This document shows positions 1 through 14,773 of a DNA stretch of 64,000 bases, one piece after another. Origin of the DNA: Octopus sinensis (Eukaryota); contig NC_043000.1 in assembly GCF_006345805.1 (NCBI RefSeq), forward strand, positions 154,690,001 through 154,754,000, in the 5' to 3' direction. Under the pieces are notes generated by a model. It worked only from the letters and a program-made list of their open reading frames with translations. It had not been told where the DNA came from and did not search any database. Within the stretch, counting starts at the first letter, position 1. Each line of letters begins with the position of its first letter. Position numbers and translations under genes: made by a program.

Positions 1-46
1 AACCGGTAATTGGTGCACTGTGCATGCTGATATATATATATATATG

Positions 47-79
<33 letters not shown>

Positions 80-1537
80 ACGCATGCAAATGTGTTCCTC
101 AAGTGGCTGCAGCAGAAATGTTGGGAATATCTGTCCCCATTATCTTTAGTAAATCCTCAATTTCATGTGTTTCTTTGCTAATAAAATCATTGGTGTTGAA
201 CAGTCTACATCCTCTATTCGGATGTGGAAGTTCCCAAAATTGAATTACTGATATGGCCTGTTGACCAGCACAATATCAGTGCACAGAAAAGCATTGTCTC
301 CCTGCCCTTGACTATATACTGATGGTCTTGCCTCTAACATACCTCAACTGTTTGATGTGCTAAACTTATTAGCATCCTACAAGAATGCTGCTACTTTTGT
401 TCCTCAAAACAATGAAGACTGAATATAAGATCTTTAATGTACATGAATGCCACCTACAAATTTTGTTCCAACTATGGCACACAGTGCAAGGGGGTCAGTG
501 TCTTCATGTCCCTTGGCTTCTATATTACTGAGAGCAAAATGGACTTCCAAACATGCAAGTAAGTAGCCTGTAGTGCTGGACAGAAACTTCATAAAATCTG
601 GTGGTCAAGTATTTCAAAGCCCACAAAGCTAACCCTTTTTAGGGCATGTGCAGAAAGCATTCTTATATACATATATTTGTTTAATATTCAACCAACAAAA
701 CACTACGAGTATGTCATGACTTTTGACTGATTGGCAGATGTAAACTGACACACGGATACATACATACACATGCTCATACATTTACATACGTACACATAAC
801 TCCATGTCCCCTACATGGCCTTGCTTTTGCTTTTTGAGCCAAAAAAAATTAAATTAAATTAAATTAAATTAAAATTAAATACACATGCACACACAATATG
901 GTCCTTTTTAAAATTTTCCACCTACCAGAACCAATCAGAAATCTTTGGTCAGTCCGGAGCTATAACTGAAGACACTTATCTAAATGGAATCAAAACCAAA
1001 ATTTCATGGCTGCATAGTTGCAAAGCAAAGCTCTTCACTACACAAGCATTTAAATATATGGCTCACACACAAACACACATATAAATGTGTACAGATATAT
1101 ATATACATACGCTCACATACATACGTTATATTTATAGTGCCCCCTTTTAATTGCATGACATATTACCCTTGAGTTAGAACTCCATAAATTCCATTGCACT
1201 AAAAAAAGAGAATGCCTGGCAATGAGAAGTCGTGTTGCTACACAGATAATTTGTATTATAAGTTTGTCGGCTATAATGGTCATTGAATGTGGAGAAGAAG
1301 TACAAGTTAGAAGAAAATAGTGTTAAATCATTTATTTATAACAGGTTTTATTATATTTTGGTTTGCATTTACCCAATGATTACATAAGATTAATCTTACG
1401 TAACTTTTCTGCAGATGTAATTTTTATCTCGTGTAATCATAGTGTATGTCTTACTGAAACACGTGTAAAGATGTTATAAATAAATAATTCAATGCCTTCT
1501 TCTCTTGTCTTGTACCTTTTTCTGTGTGTGTGTATAC

Positions 1538-1584
<47 letters not shown>

Positions 1585-1834
1585 TATGTATGTACATTAT
1601 ATATATATATATATATGTGTGTGTGTACATTATATATATATGTATGTATATATATATATATATGTATGTATGTACATTATATATATATATATATGTGTGT
1701 GTATGTGTGTGTGTGTGTATGCTTGTTGTCATATATATATATATATGTATGTATGTGTATATATATATATGACCACAAGCATACGCACACACACACACAT
1801 ACTCACACACACACACATACACATACACAAATTG

Positions 1835-2062
1835 TTGAGTTGAGTTTGGCTTTATGTCTGAGAGAGTTACTACACAAGAAATCTTCAAAGAAATCTGCAA
1901 AGGAAATATTTAGCTAACAGTAAATGATTACAGTTGGCATTTGTAGACTTGGAGAAGACCTTTGGCAGGGTTCCACTGTCAATACTTTTGCTGTCATTAA
2001 TGTAACTAGATGCAACAGAATGGTTTCTGAAGGTTGAACAAGCTATGTACAAAGGTGCAGTC
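1835..2062 (+). mobile_element. Degenerate RTE-clade LINE reverse transcriptase fragment
   Basis: Manual translation gives [10 protein letters not shown]...KYLA...LAFVDLEKTFGRVPLSILLLSLM*LDATEWFLKVEQAMYKGA, matching the RTE RT pattern QFGFMPGRSTTDAIF...AFVDLEKAFDRVP, with stops and frameshifts. Confidence 0.8.
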
Positions 2063-2159
2063 CATCATTAATAATGTTATGGCCCAGGATATTAAATAAA
2101 TCAATAAACTCCAGTTTGGCACACCTGTTGGAATTGCTGCTGCTATATGTCACTAATAA

Positions 2160-2930
2160 CCACTATGTTTGTCTTTTCCTTGCTAATCTGAAGATCAATC
2201 TTTGAGCTGTTGTTGCTAAGTTGTGGTACTAAGGAATCCAAGATCGTTCACAAAGTCAAGGTCTATGAGTCTTCCTTGTTTCCATCAATGCCATGGACTG
2301 CATCTTTCATGGACTTTCTCTTGATAAAATCCACCATCATCAGGAAGGAAAAAGGGTGTAGTACACATTCTTGGTGCACCTCCATGTTCTTATCTTCGAT
2401 CCTGATGCTGCAACGTGTTCTTGCAAAGTGATAGCATGATGTTGATATAACGAGGGACATTCCATATCATGACAATCTCCCATAGAGACTACCTGTGCTT
2501 TTTTGTGAAAGTCTTTTTACCATAAGCAGCGGCTGGATTTCCAGCTCAGCTCAGTGATGTTGTGTAATGTGAGGATTTGTTAGTCATACGGCTTTCTGCT
2601 CCTGAACCTCACTGTTCCTCACATACTTTTTTTATCAACTACACTCTTCAGACAGCTAAAATTCAGTATACTTTGGCAGGGTAAAGCAGCAGGGTTCTTC
2701 CACACCAGTTGCTGCAGTTGTTGAGAGCACCTTTGCTGGGCAGTGCTACAATAACTCAGCCACCCAAGCCTCTACCACTTCTCCTTTGCATCACATCAAG
2801 TCACAAAGATGTTCTAGCTCCTTTTGCGGTTACATTATTTCTATGTTTAAGCAGTTGCAAAGTCACCTCAACTAGCACTGTTGCCTTGTTCTTTCCATAA
2901 TGAATGGTTTTGAAATGTTACATGCAGATC
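2160..2930 (-). mobile_element. Degenerate RTE-clade LINE RT region (may continue to about 3900 as endonuclease remnant)
   Basis: Minus strand reads VIVALPSKGALNNCSNWCGRTLLLYPAKV, QILTLHNITE, VHQECVLHPFSFLMMVDFI, LIDLDFVNDLGFLS, LQISKEKT. These are RT motifs in the correct order (KKGD..C.N.RGITLLS, GVRQGC.LSP.LF, DLDFADD, INKEKT). Confidence 0.8.
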
Positions 2931-5900
2931 ATATATTGAAGACCTCTCTTAAAGGAAGTCAAAGTTGTCTCCTGGGTCCAGCTGTTTCAGTAGCCGTTCA
3001 AGAATTTGGACCTGGAGATCTCCATTTCCAGCGACATCGAGGGCCACCTCCCAGTGGTGTCGGGCGTCAATGAAGAGCCCTCGACTACAAAAAGACGACC
3101 AAAGTTTTTTTTTCCAAGGTCTGGAGTCTCCCACCCCTAAGCCCTAAACCATCACCTAATCACCCTTACCCATCTTGTTGCTTAACAACAACAACAACAA
3201 CAACAACAACAAGTTGTTTCAGTACATTTTGTAAATGCATCACCCTCTGGTTAATTGCTCTTCACTCATCATCAATGTCTGACTGTTCTTTCTCTTAATT
3301 TGTTACACATGAATTACTTCTTGTTCCTGTCTGCTCTTTCACGATTTCGTACAGATATTTTCTATAATTTATCACTGTCACATCTTCCGCCTCTTTGTCT
3401 TCTTTCTCTAATCAGATCGCCTACAAGTATTCATTAGGTATCTGTACTCACTGCCTTGTTGTTCCCACGTGCATGCAACCTTCATTTAGTCTCCTTCGTT
3501 TTTTAGGTCTTTTCTGCTGTCGATCAAGTTCCACATGGCTGTTGTGATCTTCTCGGATGCCAGCCTCCAGTTTTAAAGTATCTCGTCAGCATGTGGTATG
3601 ATATGCTGGAAATAACACGATCCCTCACTATCAGACACACACACACACACTCTCTCTCTTTCTTTCTCTGATTTAGTCAAGAGTCATGCCAACAGCAGCT
3701 TGTCACACTTGCATTCGTCCAAAATGAACTGTCAGCTTAGCAGAAGATCACACATTTCGAGATAAAACCCAGGCAGTAGTCTACCAGTAGTAATCTACTG
3801 AATGCATCTTGTTTTTTTGATATGCAACTTTACCTAGATGACTAGACTGGCTTTTAAATGTGTAATGAGACCTCAGACTGTGGCTGAGATTATCTTTGGA
3901 GCCTCTAGTTTGCAGAGTTTCAACAACCTGCTACTTTCTGACATTGTTTTACTATTTGATTATCAATTTGAATTTTGTTACACTATATACTATTGTTCTT
4001 AGTTATGGATGGTTATTTGCTGGTAGTTTCTGGTAGTTTAAAGAAAATGAGATGGCATTTGATATCAGGCAGAAGATTGCTCAAAAATCCAGACAACATT
4101 AGTAAGATGTCAGCTCTGAATAGCAAGAAAAAGTATAAATCTAAAGAACTTGTGGAAGCCAAATTTATATTTTTATGCCTAGATGGAAATCTTCACTTCC
4201 AGCACACACAAAAGAAAATTCTCATTTAGACACTTGACAATCCACACACATTACTTTCATCAAAGTATAAGACTGAATTTTGTCTCATAAACTTTTTGTA
4301 CAGTTAACATTTTGCTCCAACGCAGGTTTTGTATATAAGTTTATCACTTCCATTCCCTTTTTTCCCTGTTATTTCTCTGGTTAAATTTTTCCCAAAACCT
4401 TCCAAAGTTTCAGTTTTTCTGAATTTTTTTTTCCTCAAATCTCTCTCCCTATCTCTTCCCTCCCATTTTGCCATTATTATTTTCGTAGGTGTGAGTGTAT
4501 GTCTGTTTATGTACCACAAATAAACAACATTGCATGGAAGCAAACTACTTCTCCAATAGTTAGAACACATAAATTCTTCAATAAACTAAGAAAAGTAATA
4601 TATTTTTTCAACTCCAAATTTCTTGCATGCATGCCTTGAATGAAATATAACTTCCAAAAAGCCATAAAAATAGCTTCACAAATTTTAGTATACAGCATAG
4701 GCATAAGCAGGCCTTGCAGTTTGCTGAGAGCCCAAATAGGTTTTATATATTACCTTGAATGGAAACTAGTAGTTATTGCCCTTATGGGGAGGATTTAAAT
4801 AACTTTCTCAATCAATAACACACATTCTCTTATCTGTCTATTTATCTATTTACATATACATTAGTGTGTGTGCATGTGTGTGTGTGTGTTATATATATAT
4901 ATATATGTAGGTGTGTGTGTGTGTGTGTGTGTTATTTTGCCTGAATAATGATTATTTGCCTGAAGATCTTCTGTGCCTGCAGGTTAAAATCATTGTGGCA
5001 AGAGGTTGACTCAACCAGAATATTAAAAAATCTGTAATTTCTACCATGATACTAAGTACACATTTTTCCAACTGTAAATATTAAATATACACATACATGT
5101 GTATACACACACACACACCACATACAAATACACGCACGTACATGCTATGTCATGAATCCTTGACAACTTGATGGATTTACAGGGGGCAGCATTCTGACAC
5201 ACAGCTTGTCATGGGCATTTTGAAACCTGCTGGAGACCATCCCTCTCCAGCCCTGATTACAGTTGATTTCTTCCAGAAAGAGGACAGATACACTAACAGA
5301 AAAAATTATCGCAAGTGACTTTATTTATTGACCCCCAAAAGGATGAAAGACAAAGTCGACTTTGGCAGGATTTGAAATCAGAGCAGAGAGAGCCATAATG
5401 ATTAGAGCAAAACATTGTGTCTTACCCTGTAATGACCCTGCCAATTGGTTACTAAACGCAAAAACAGTTCTTTGAGCAGCATAAGTGAGAAGTTAAACAA
5501 AACATGTAAGATGGTATCAATATATGGAAGCAAAAAAAAAAAAGAAGTATTACTACAAATGGTTTGATTATTGGTTTCTAAAATATTTCAGGAAAGATTT
5601 CCAGTTTCAAGTTGAAGAAAGGAAGTAATAAAGAAATTCTGAGAAATGTTTTGTTACTACCAACCTATTCTATTTGAAAAGGTGGATCTTTCCCAAAATG
5701 TTATTGGATCACTAAACAATCTATGTACTGTAAGGTAGTGTATCTTCCCTTTTATTTTCATTTACTGGTATCACCTCATATATTTTGCCTAATTTTTCAT
5801 ACACGCAATGCATAAAAATATTTTTTCAAACATTTCTATAATTTACACACATTGCTATGCATAATATATATACAAATATATATATATATGGGTGTGTAGG

Positions 5901-6069
5901 TGTATATATATATGTATACACATACAAATATATGTATATGTTTGTATATCTAAATAAAATTATACACACACATACATATACAGATGTCTCAGGTCTCTAT
6001 CAATTAGGTCCCTTCAACCTATGCATCTATCATTCATCTTTCCATCATTCTCTTTTTTTTTCAATGTCA

Positions 6070-6310
6070 CAGTACTAATCTTCTGGTATGATCAAGGATG
6101 ACAGTAGGCCACTTACCTTTAGCACAGCTAGGTGTCACTAGACCTAATTGTCCTTCAAGTCTCTCCAATATCCAAACCTTAATTTCTCTAGCTCTCTTGT
6201 CTCTACATCTGTCAATTATCCACCATATACTACCCATCATTCTGACACTTTTTCCACCAAACACTTTTCTTAAATCACTCCATTTTATAATTTCACTCAA
6301 TTGATTGCCT
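6070..6310 (-). mobile_element. Possible highly decayed LINE C-terminal remnant
   Basis: Weak resemblance to the RTE C-terminal FGH..RM...G.R.RGR...W region in ORF 6067..6324. Confidence 0.3.
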
Positions 6311-7084
6311 CTCCTATCCATCATGATTCTTCTGTTATAACAGTGATTCTCTAGTCAGCACCCCATCTATGTAGACCTGAGTGAACAAACACATGAAGTG
6401 GTCAGGTTTCACTAATCATTTGGGGTGCTAGACAACCTCACTTGAGTTGGTGCCTCTATAATTCACTTCAGGAAAATGGGGAAAGTGGCAGAAGAGACAG
6501 AGAGAGAGAGTGGAGATATGGATAATAGAGGTTCTTATAGTTTTATTAAAGACATGACAATCTATTTTCCTGATGGTATCATGACAGAATGCACCTAATA
6601 TACGCTGTTGAGTGAGACATCATGAGAAATCTTCAGTTTTGTTGAAGACATAACAAATTCTCAAACAAAATTCTGGTGCTATGACAAAATGAATTCAGTA
6701 CACACTATCAAGACAAGGAAACCCCCACACACACACAAACACACACATGCACACACACACACACATACACATGTACATATATTTCTGTACATCTGTGCAT
6801 GTACATGTACATATGTTTATATATCCACATATATGCATGTATATATATATGTAGACACATACATATAAGTTTGTGAATGTGTATATATATCTTCACAAAT
6901 ATATATGCAAATTTCTCCCTGTATATATATGACCATTCCGAAATATAACAATATATATATATATATAATATAATATATATATATATATATATATATTTAT
7001 ACAAGTTGCTGTAGTAAACTCTATCCATCCCATTGAAGCATGGAAAACTGAATTTTAAATGATGATGATGATTATATATGTACA

Positions 7085-7130
<46 letters not shown>

Positions 7131-8151
7131 AATATGCATATACATACACTCGCATACACAAATATGTATATACATATATACATTTATACATACATATATA
7201 CGTACAGATATGCATGCATGTATATATATATTTACACACACATACACACACATACATATATGCATGTATGTATGTTTTTTTCAGCCCATGAGTTCCTTTT
7301 CATGCCAGCTTACTTGATTCCACTATTATATAGGCGGTATCTTTCTTTTTCTCCTTTTTCCTCTTACTTTTTCTTTCAGATAATATTTTTCGGAGTAGAT
7401 TGTTGCTCTTTCAGTTATAGGAAGGGAAGATAACTCTGTTAGTCTTGGCCTCAGTATCACCATTTGTCCCCCACAAAAAAAAAGCCAATATACAAAAAAA
7501 AAAAAAAAATTCTCTACATGTGTTGTCTGTTCAATAAACTAAAGTTACTTTGTCTATCTCTTCACCCTCTTCCCCAGGCTACATCAAAACCATTTCCATT
7601 TTCATCATGATGTGTTTACAGAAAATTTATTTTGAAAGCTAATAGAATGGATTTTAAGTATTAGCTTGTCAAGGTGACTTAACTCCATATTATAAACCTG
7701 GTATAGATATTTTCTGTTTTTGTATGTTTATAAATAAAAAATAAATCTTGAGTAAATCTTGTTGTAAGCAAGTAAAAGTGGTTTTTTTGTTTGTGTATGT
7801 AATGAATGTTTGTATGTGTATGGCCGAAAGATATAGGGTATATCTGAAAATAAGTTAAGTGAAAGAGAATCACACACACACAAAAAAATTAAAGCAATAA
7901 CCTATATACAGAATAAATGTAATTTGCATCGTTTTATGTTGTAATTAATCATATGTAGAATATATAAAAGGTCACACAAACACACACATACTATGTTTAC
8001 ACACACACACACACACTCAGATATACATTCATACATATATACATATATATATATACATAATACATATATATATATATATACATACATACATACATATATA
8101 TATATATACACATACATATACATACATATACATACATACATACATATATAC

Positions 8152-8223
<72 letters not shown>

Positions 8224-8281
8224 CATATACATACAGACAGATATATATATATATACACATACATATACATATACATACATG

Positions 8282-8333
<52 letters not shown>

Positions 8334-8967
8334 CATATACATGTACATACATACATACATACATATATATATATAAATATATGTGCCTGCACATAAGTGC
8401 ATGTATGTATGTATGTATGGATGGATGCGAGTTCATGATGTATGTATTAAAAATGAAGCAATTTGTGAAATATGCAAATATATTAATTGTTCTAATATAT
8501 TATTAATCAATGCATACACCTGTCTGCACAAGAATGGGTTCTTCTCTTGACTCTTTAAAAAAAAAAAAAAGGTGAGCACATATATAGACTGACTTACTTC
8601 TAACAGAGAGTTTTTTTAGTCTTTTAGCCACTGCTCATGTATTGGTTAATTATTGTCAATGAAAGACAAATGAAAGAAGAAATAGTAATCACCCCAATGA
8701 AAATCTCTTCGAAACAGAGATAGAACTGAAAGAGGATTCTATGTCTAACGATAAAATCCCATTTTAAAGTAGAAAATATAGCATATGTTTTCTTGTTTAT
8801 CTTGCATTTTATTTTTGTTTATTTGTTTTGAATTAATTCTCATTACTGAAACAAAATAAAAAAAAACAACAATCATAATCATCATAAAAATATATTGAAA
8901 ATAATAATTATAGACAGAAAGAGGATGATGATGATGATGGTAATTATAATAATATTAATAATAATAA

Positions 8968-8999
<32 letters not shown>

Positions 9000-9004
9000 A
9001 TTCT

Positions 9005-9228
9005 TTCTTTCTTTCTAATTTTGACACAAGGCCAGCAATTTTGAGAGGAGGGGGACAAGTCGATTACATCGGCCCCCGTTATTTGACAGGTGCTTTATTT
9101 TATCTACCCCGGAGGGATGAAAGGCAAAGTTGACCCCGGCGGAATTTGAACTCAGAACGGAACAAGACAAAAAGAAATACTGCTCAGCATTTTGTCCAAT
9201 GCTCTAATGATTCTGCCAGCTCACCACC

Positions 9229-9229
<1 letters not shown>
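9005..9229 (-). mobile_element. tRNA-derived SINE family B (central domain GTCGACTTTGCCTTTCATCC)
   Basis: Reverse complement of the 62603-62834 copy; B-box-like GAGTTCAAATTCC. Confidence 0.8.
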
Positions 9230-9289
<60 letters not shown>

Positions 9290-9345
9290 TGATAATAATG
9301 ATAATAATAATAATGATAATAATAATTATAATGATGATAATAATA
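9230..9345. repeat. (AAT)n microsatellite
   Basis: Direct reading. Confidence 0.95.
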
Positions 9346-9470
9346 AGATCACAAGAATTCTTCGCAGGGTTCTTGAAGTATGACCAGTAGACAAGTGTCA
9401 CCTTAGTCTGCTGACTGTGGACAGCTGACACTTTCCATCATACCCAGCAAAATAAGCTGTGAATTTTCAT
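9346..9470 (+). mobile_element. 3' tip of an R4/Dong-type RLE LINE within (AAT)n
   Basis: Encodes ITRILRRVLEV* (compare TAHILRRTLSIQ* at about 33800), then a short 3' UTR; AAT repeats on both sides. Confidence 0.6.
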
Positions 9471-9765
9471 ATAATAATAATAAAAATAATAATGATAATA
9501 ATAAAAGAATAACAACAGAAACACAATGAAAACAACCCAGTTTTATGGTTTGGAATTTCTACTGTTGAACTTTTTTTCGCTTTGTAATTTAGTGTAAAGA
9601 GAAGTTAAAACTTTAACAACAACAACAACAACATCATCAACAACTAAAAACAATGCTTAGCTGTGTTATTCATTGACTGTTAGATTGTTAGAAATAAGGA
9701 AATGCATGAGTAATAGACAGATAGTTAGATAGAGAGGTAGATAGAGAAGCATATGATTGCTAGAT

Positions 9766-9769
<4 letters not shown>

Positions 9770-9831
<62 letters not shown>

Positions 9832-9839
9832 TTAGAGAG

Positions 9840-9874
<35 letters not shown>

Positions 9875-9923
9875 TTAGAGAGGTAGGTAGGTAGATAGAT
9901 AGATAGATAGATAGATAGAGAGT

Positions 9924-9978
<55 letters not shown>

Positions 9979-10048
9979 TTAGAGAGATAGATAGATAGAT
10001 AGCTAGCTAGCTAGATAGATAGATAAATAGATAGATAGTTAGAGAGGT

Positions 10049-10118
<70 letters not shown>

Positions 10119-10131
10119 GTAGGTAGATAGA
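9770..10131. repeat. (GATA)n compound microsatellite
   Basis: Direct reading. Confidence 0.95.
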
Positions 10132-10736
10132 TAAGAGAATGATGACTGGATGGATAGATAGCTAGATAGTTAAGAGAAAGATGAATAGTCAAAGAGAGAA
10201 ATAGAAATATTAACTAGAAATATAACTGAAACCGTGTTTAGATAGGTAGTCTGATAGGTAGAGAGTTAAGAGAATAGTAAAATAATAGACAGATAATTAA
10301 ATAAATAGATAGATGGTAGAAAAATAGATGGATAGATTAATAGATAAAAGCTTGACAAGTAGTTGGTTCTCTTAGGGTATAAAAAAAAATGGATTCCTTA
10401 CAATTGATTTCACCTTATGTACAAAGATCACTTTCTGTTTTTTGTTTTTTTTTTTACATCTGTTTGTGTTTGTGTGTTTGTTTAGTTTTGTTACCAACTG
10501 CAGTATTGCAAATCACTCATATGAACAAGTAAAAAAGGAAAACAACAATAAAACAAAACAAAACAAATCACAGACAAGCACATACACACACACACAGACA
10601 CACACATGCATGAGTATGTGTATATGCATTTGCATGTGTGTGTATATATATGTGTGTGTGTGTATGTGAATGCATACCTTGGTATATTTATATACATATA
10701 TATATACATATGTGTGTGTATATATATATGTGTGTG

Positions 10737-10802
<66 letters not shown>

Positions 10803-10878
10803 ATATAAATGTATATGTATATATATATGTGCATATTTGCATCTGTATACATTTACACATATATATATATGTATATGC

Positions 10879-10938
<60 letters not shown>

Positions 10939-12128
10939 TTGTATAATCCTCATATAAATATATTTATATATCTCTGTACAATCATTTAAGCCTACACATA
11001 CTCATATATATATATTCAGCCACATATAAATATATACACTTACATATTTATGTGTAGGTATTTAAGGCTACACAAGTGCACACACATGCGTGTATACACA
11101 CACATGTGCACACACATGTGTGTATACACATGCACACACAAATATACATATATATATTTGTGTATATATAAGCAAGAATGTATACCACAAACATATATAA
11201 ATATATAGATATACATATTCATACACACATACACACATACATATATATGTACACTCATTTATGTGTACATATACAAATATATACATATGTATATATACTT
11301 ATATATGTCTATACACATATACACTCACATGCACACATACACAAATATATGGAGATATATAAATATATATCTATATTTATATACATATATATACACATAT
11401 ACATATAGGTATATAGATATGTAAGTATAGACACATAAATGCACATATATATACACATATGTATATATATTCAAGATATATACACATATGTGTGTATATA
11501 CATGTATATATATATATATACATACATATATATACTTACATATATACATATACTTACATATATACATATATTGTTTATATCTACTCACACATATATATGT
11601 ATATGTTTATATATATTTATACATATATATACACATATATATATATGTATGTATATACATATATATTTATATATGTACATGTATATGCATGTATGTACAC
11701 ATATATATATATATATATATATATCAAATGATCACATGGGGGAACATGCATACATTCATATATGCACCCACATTTATATCAATATGTATACCTGCATGTA
11801 TGTATAGAGATACATACAAATATATATTACTATAGATGTCCTCTTTGTCTATGATCATTATATAAGATCTTGCTTTATTTGTCTCATGTACAAATCTTTG
11901 CTCCTCAGAGGCAGTCCTAAAGCCAGCAGAATCTATAATGGACACGAATTTCATCAATTTTGCTTTGCATTACTTTTCAGAAATTTTTCTTTCTTTTCTG
12001 CAACATGAAATTGTCTCATTTATTTTCTTATTCTTCACACACATGCACACGCGCACGCAAGCACACACACACACATGCATACACTCATACACACACAGTC
12101 AGCCATATACAAACATGTGTGTATATAT

Positions 12129-12188
<60 letters not shown>

Positions 12189-12565
12189 GCATATATGTAT
12201 ATGTATATATTTATACTTTTAAAATTGCAATTGTATTTATCCTTCCAAAGACCTACAACTGATTTTTCAAAGAGTTCATTTGCTCATTTGCTTTCAGAAT
12301 TATGGCCTGGCAGCCATTTCACTGTTCTATTGTGCAAGTGTTTTTTGTTGTTGCTGTTGTACAGTTGTTGCTCTTGTACAGTAAGATGGTTGTTTAACAG
12401 TTGATTGGCTCATGTACACATTACTTTTCTTTGCATTGAGTAGATTTGTGTTTGAATGTATGTGTGTCACATATTTTGTTTTTTTTTTTCATTTAGTTTT
12501 CTTTTCATTTCAGTATTATGCCAATAAGCCTCTATCAGTATTTTGAAGGTCTTAAAAGCAGTGAT

Positions 12566-12735
12566 TTAGGTATTTACCGCCGTTAGGTTGTTTCCTGTCG
12601 GAGGGGATGCAGGCGGGGAGTTTTGCCGGGATGTTGTTGATCTTTGTGTCAGATTGTTCTTTTCACCTGGAGATGGTGTACGAGCAATTTCCACTACTGA
12701 TCCGTCCAGGACACCACCACAACTGGCTCTTTTAC
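12566..12735 (-). CDS. Last coding exon of an unidentified minus-strand gene: (G)KRASCGGVLDGSVVEIARTPSPGEKNNLTQRSTTSRQNSPPASPPTGNNLTAVNT*
   Basis: GC/CpG-rich island in AT-rich DNA. Acceptor tgatgtttattccag| ends at 12736, phase 1; TAA stop at 12568-12566; phase matches the donor of exon 17172-17315. Confidence 0.8.
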
Positions 12736-13001
12736 CTGGAATAAACATCAATTGCATCAGTTTAATTGTATTAATATTCTGAACACTGTGCCAAAAAGTT
12801 AGCATGTCAGATTATATTTACAGAACTGATACATACTAAGTGAGACAGTTAATCAATTTGGGATATTGAAACAACATTTAAATGAGTTAGAAAGAAGTTA
12901 TAGGAATTTGGAAATTAAAGACAGATCCAAAATCAGATGATACACATTGAATTATTTTTGTAACTGAATGTTCTCAGAACTCCTGTCACAGCATTACCAT
13001 A

Positions 13002-13397
13002 TCTTTATATATAAAAGTGAGGTTGTGTGCTGTCTGTCTCCTACGATTTAGATTCCTAACTACTCCCACATTTTGCGGTGCAGTTTAACCAAAAGCGGGT
13101 ATCTTATAGTCGTGATTCATACGGAGCCCTTCTGGGTATTAGCGCGCGTCTACAATGAGTCTGCGATTTAAAAAAAAAATTTACCATCAATTTTTCCCAT
13201 TTTTAATGCATTTTAAGCATATATAAGGGAAGTAACTCTCTAAAAATTTATTATTAAATCTCAGAACGTAAAAAGCTACAGTAACACCCCCGTTTGTGGT
13301 TAGCCATATTGAGATGGCTATTATACTTTACATCTCTAAAAATGCTTATATAGTTATTTCCCTTACAAACCCGAGCAACGCCGGGTGATACTGCTAG
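13002..13397 (+). mobile_element. Non-autonomous Helitron
   Basis: 5' TC after host A, subterminal hairpin CCCGAGCAACGCCGGG, 3' CTAG before host T, no TSD; two more copies in the window. Confidence 0.85.
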
Positions 13398-13696
13398 TTT
13401 TTAATAAATATAATATTTCAGCCCCCTGAAATTCATTCTTCTCCATGTTATTCTTCTGAGAAAGATCATCTATGTGACCACTTTACTTGCTAGAAATAGG
13501 GGTCAAATCTCCATCAGGTTACAATGTACTGTCTTAGGAGACGAACACAATCGATAATGTAGTTGTAGATGCTCTGAAAAAGATGGAATGTCATGACTGG
13601 AATACTTTGATCAAATGGTTTGCTCAGTCAGAGCTGACCCAAAGCTAAGTAATGACACAACAGTTACCTATATGATGATATAAACACAGTATTATA

Positions 13697-14113
13697 GGCA
13701 TAGGAGTGGATGTGTGGTAAGTAGCTTGCTTACCAACCACATGGTTCCGGTTCAGTCCCACTGCATGGCACCTTGGGTAAGTGTCTTCTACTATAGCCTC
13801 GGGCCGACCAAAGCCTTGTGAGTGGATTTGGTAGACGGAAACTGAAAGAAGCCCGTCGTATATATGTATATATATATATTGTGTGTGCGTGTGTGTGTGT
13901 TTGTGTGTCTGTGTTTGTCCCCCTAGCATTGCTTGACAACCGATGCTGGTGTGTTTATATCCCCGTTACTTAGCGGTTCAGCAAAAGAGACTGATATAAT
14001 AAGTACTGGGCTTACAAAAGAATAAGTTCCGGGGTCGAGTTGCTCAACTAAAGGCGGTGCTCCAGCATGGCCACAGTCAAATGATTGAAACAAGTAAAAG
14101 AGAGTAAAGAGTA
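13697..14113 (+). mobile_element. tRNA-derived SINE family A (about 400 bp, CORE-like segment, internal TA/GT microsatellite, (AAGAGT)n tail)
   Basis: tRNA-like head with GGTTCAGTCCC B-box, CACCTTGGGYAAGTG segment; many near-identical copies in the window. Confidence 0.9.
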
Positions 14114-14189
14114 TGATAAAACGTATTAACTCTTCACATGGAGGGGTTACACTCAGTTGTTCTGGCCAGCCGAAAAGCAGGGAAAAAGG

Positions 14190-14773
14190 TTAAAGACCCC
14201 CTTCAGTCATGAATGACCATGGGATTGCACCGAGAAATTTCCTCTCTGAGGCACAAGTTTGGACAAAGCTGTTTATGGAAGACTAGCATTTGTTGTTTGT
14301 TCCTTCTTGAGCCATGCCTGGCTCATAAGGGCCGGTTCCCCACCTGGACAGGACGCTGGTCCATCACAGGTGAGCCACAAGATGCAGGAGGAAAGAGTGA
14401 GAGAAAGTTGTGGAGCTTAGGTGTTTCACTAATAAACACACACATCGCCCGGTTTGAGATTTGAACCCGCGATCCCTTGACCGCGAGTCCACTGCTCTAA
14501 CCACTTGGCCATGTGCCTTCACAAGACTAGCAGTCTCCCATGTATACCAGCGTCCCCTCTCTGCACCATTGATATTAACCCAGAGAAAGGGCAAAGGCAG
14601 ATACAACATGGCAGCAGTGGCATTGCTACTAATTTCTAGAGATGAGCGGACTGAAGTGACATGAAGCAAAGTGCCTTGCTCCAGAACACAACACACCACC
14701 TGGTCTTGGAATCGAACTCACTATCTCATGATTGTGAGTTCAATGCTCTAACCAATGAGCCATGCACCTTCAC
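14190..14773 (-). mobile_element. SINE family D with a nested family C-headed SINE (14289-14522)
   Basis: Outer element matches the reverse complement of 35610-35946; the insert is flanked by TSD AAGACTAGCA (14279-14288, 14523-14532). Confidence 0.85.

Noticed and set aside
1451-1917. Y/I/C/V/H/T-rich ORFs here and at 6.7-8.5, 10.4-12.3, 18.7, 22, 42.5-45 kb
   Set aside because: Translations of (TA)n/(CA)n/(TACA)n microsatellites, open in several frames on both strands.
2949-3147. GC-rich overlapping ORFs on both strands
   Set aside because: No recognisable motif or splice signals; embedded in LINE debris, probably another repeat fragment.
3975-4229. 84-aa plus-strand ORF
   Set aside because: No true ATG start context, motif or partner exon.
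13730-13939. Recurrent ORFs MSSNARGTNTDTQ... / MLGGQTQTHK...
   Set aside because: Antisense translations of SINE family A, not a gene family.
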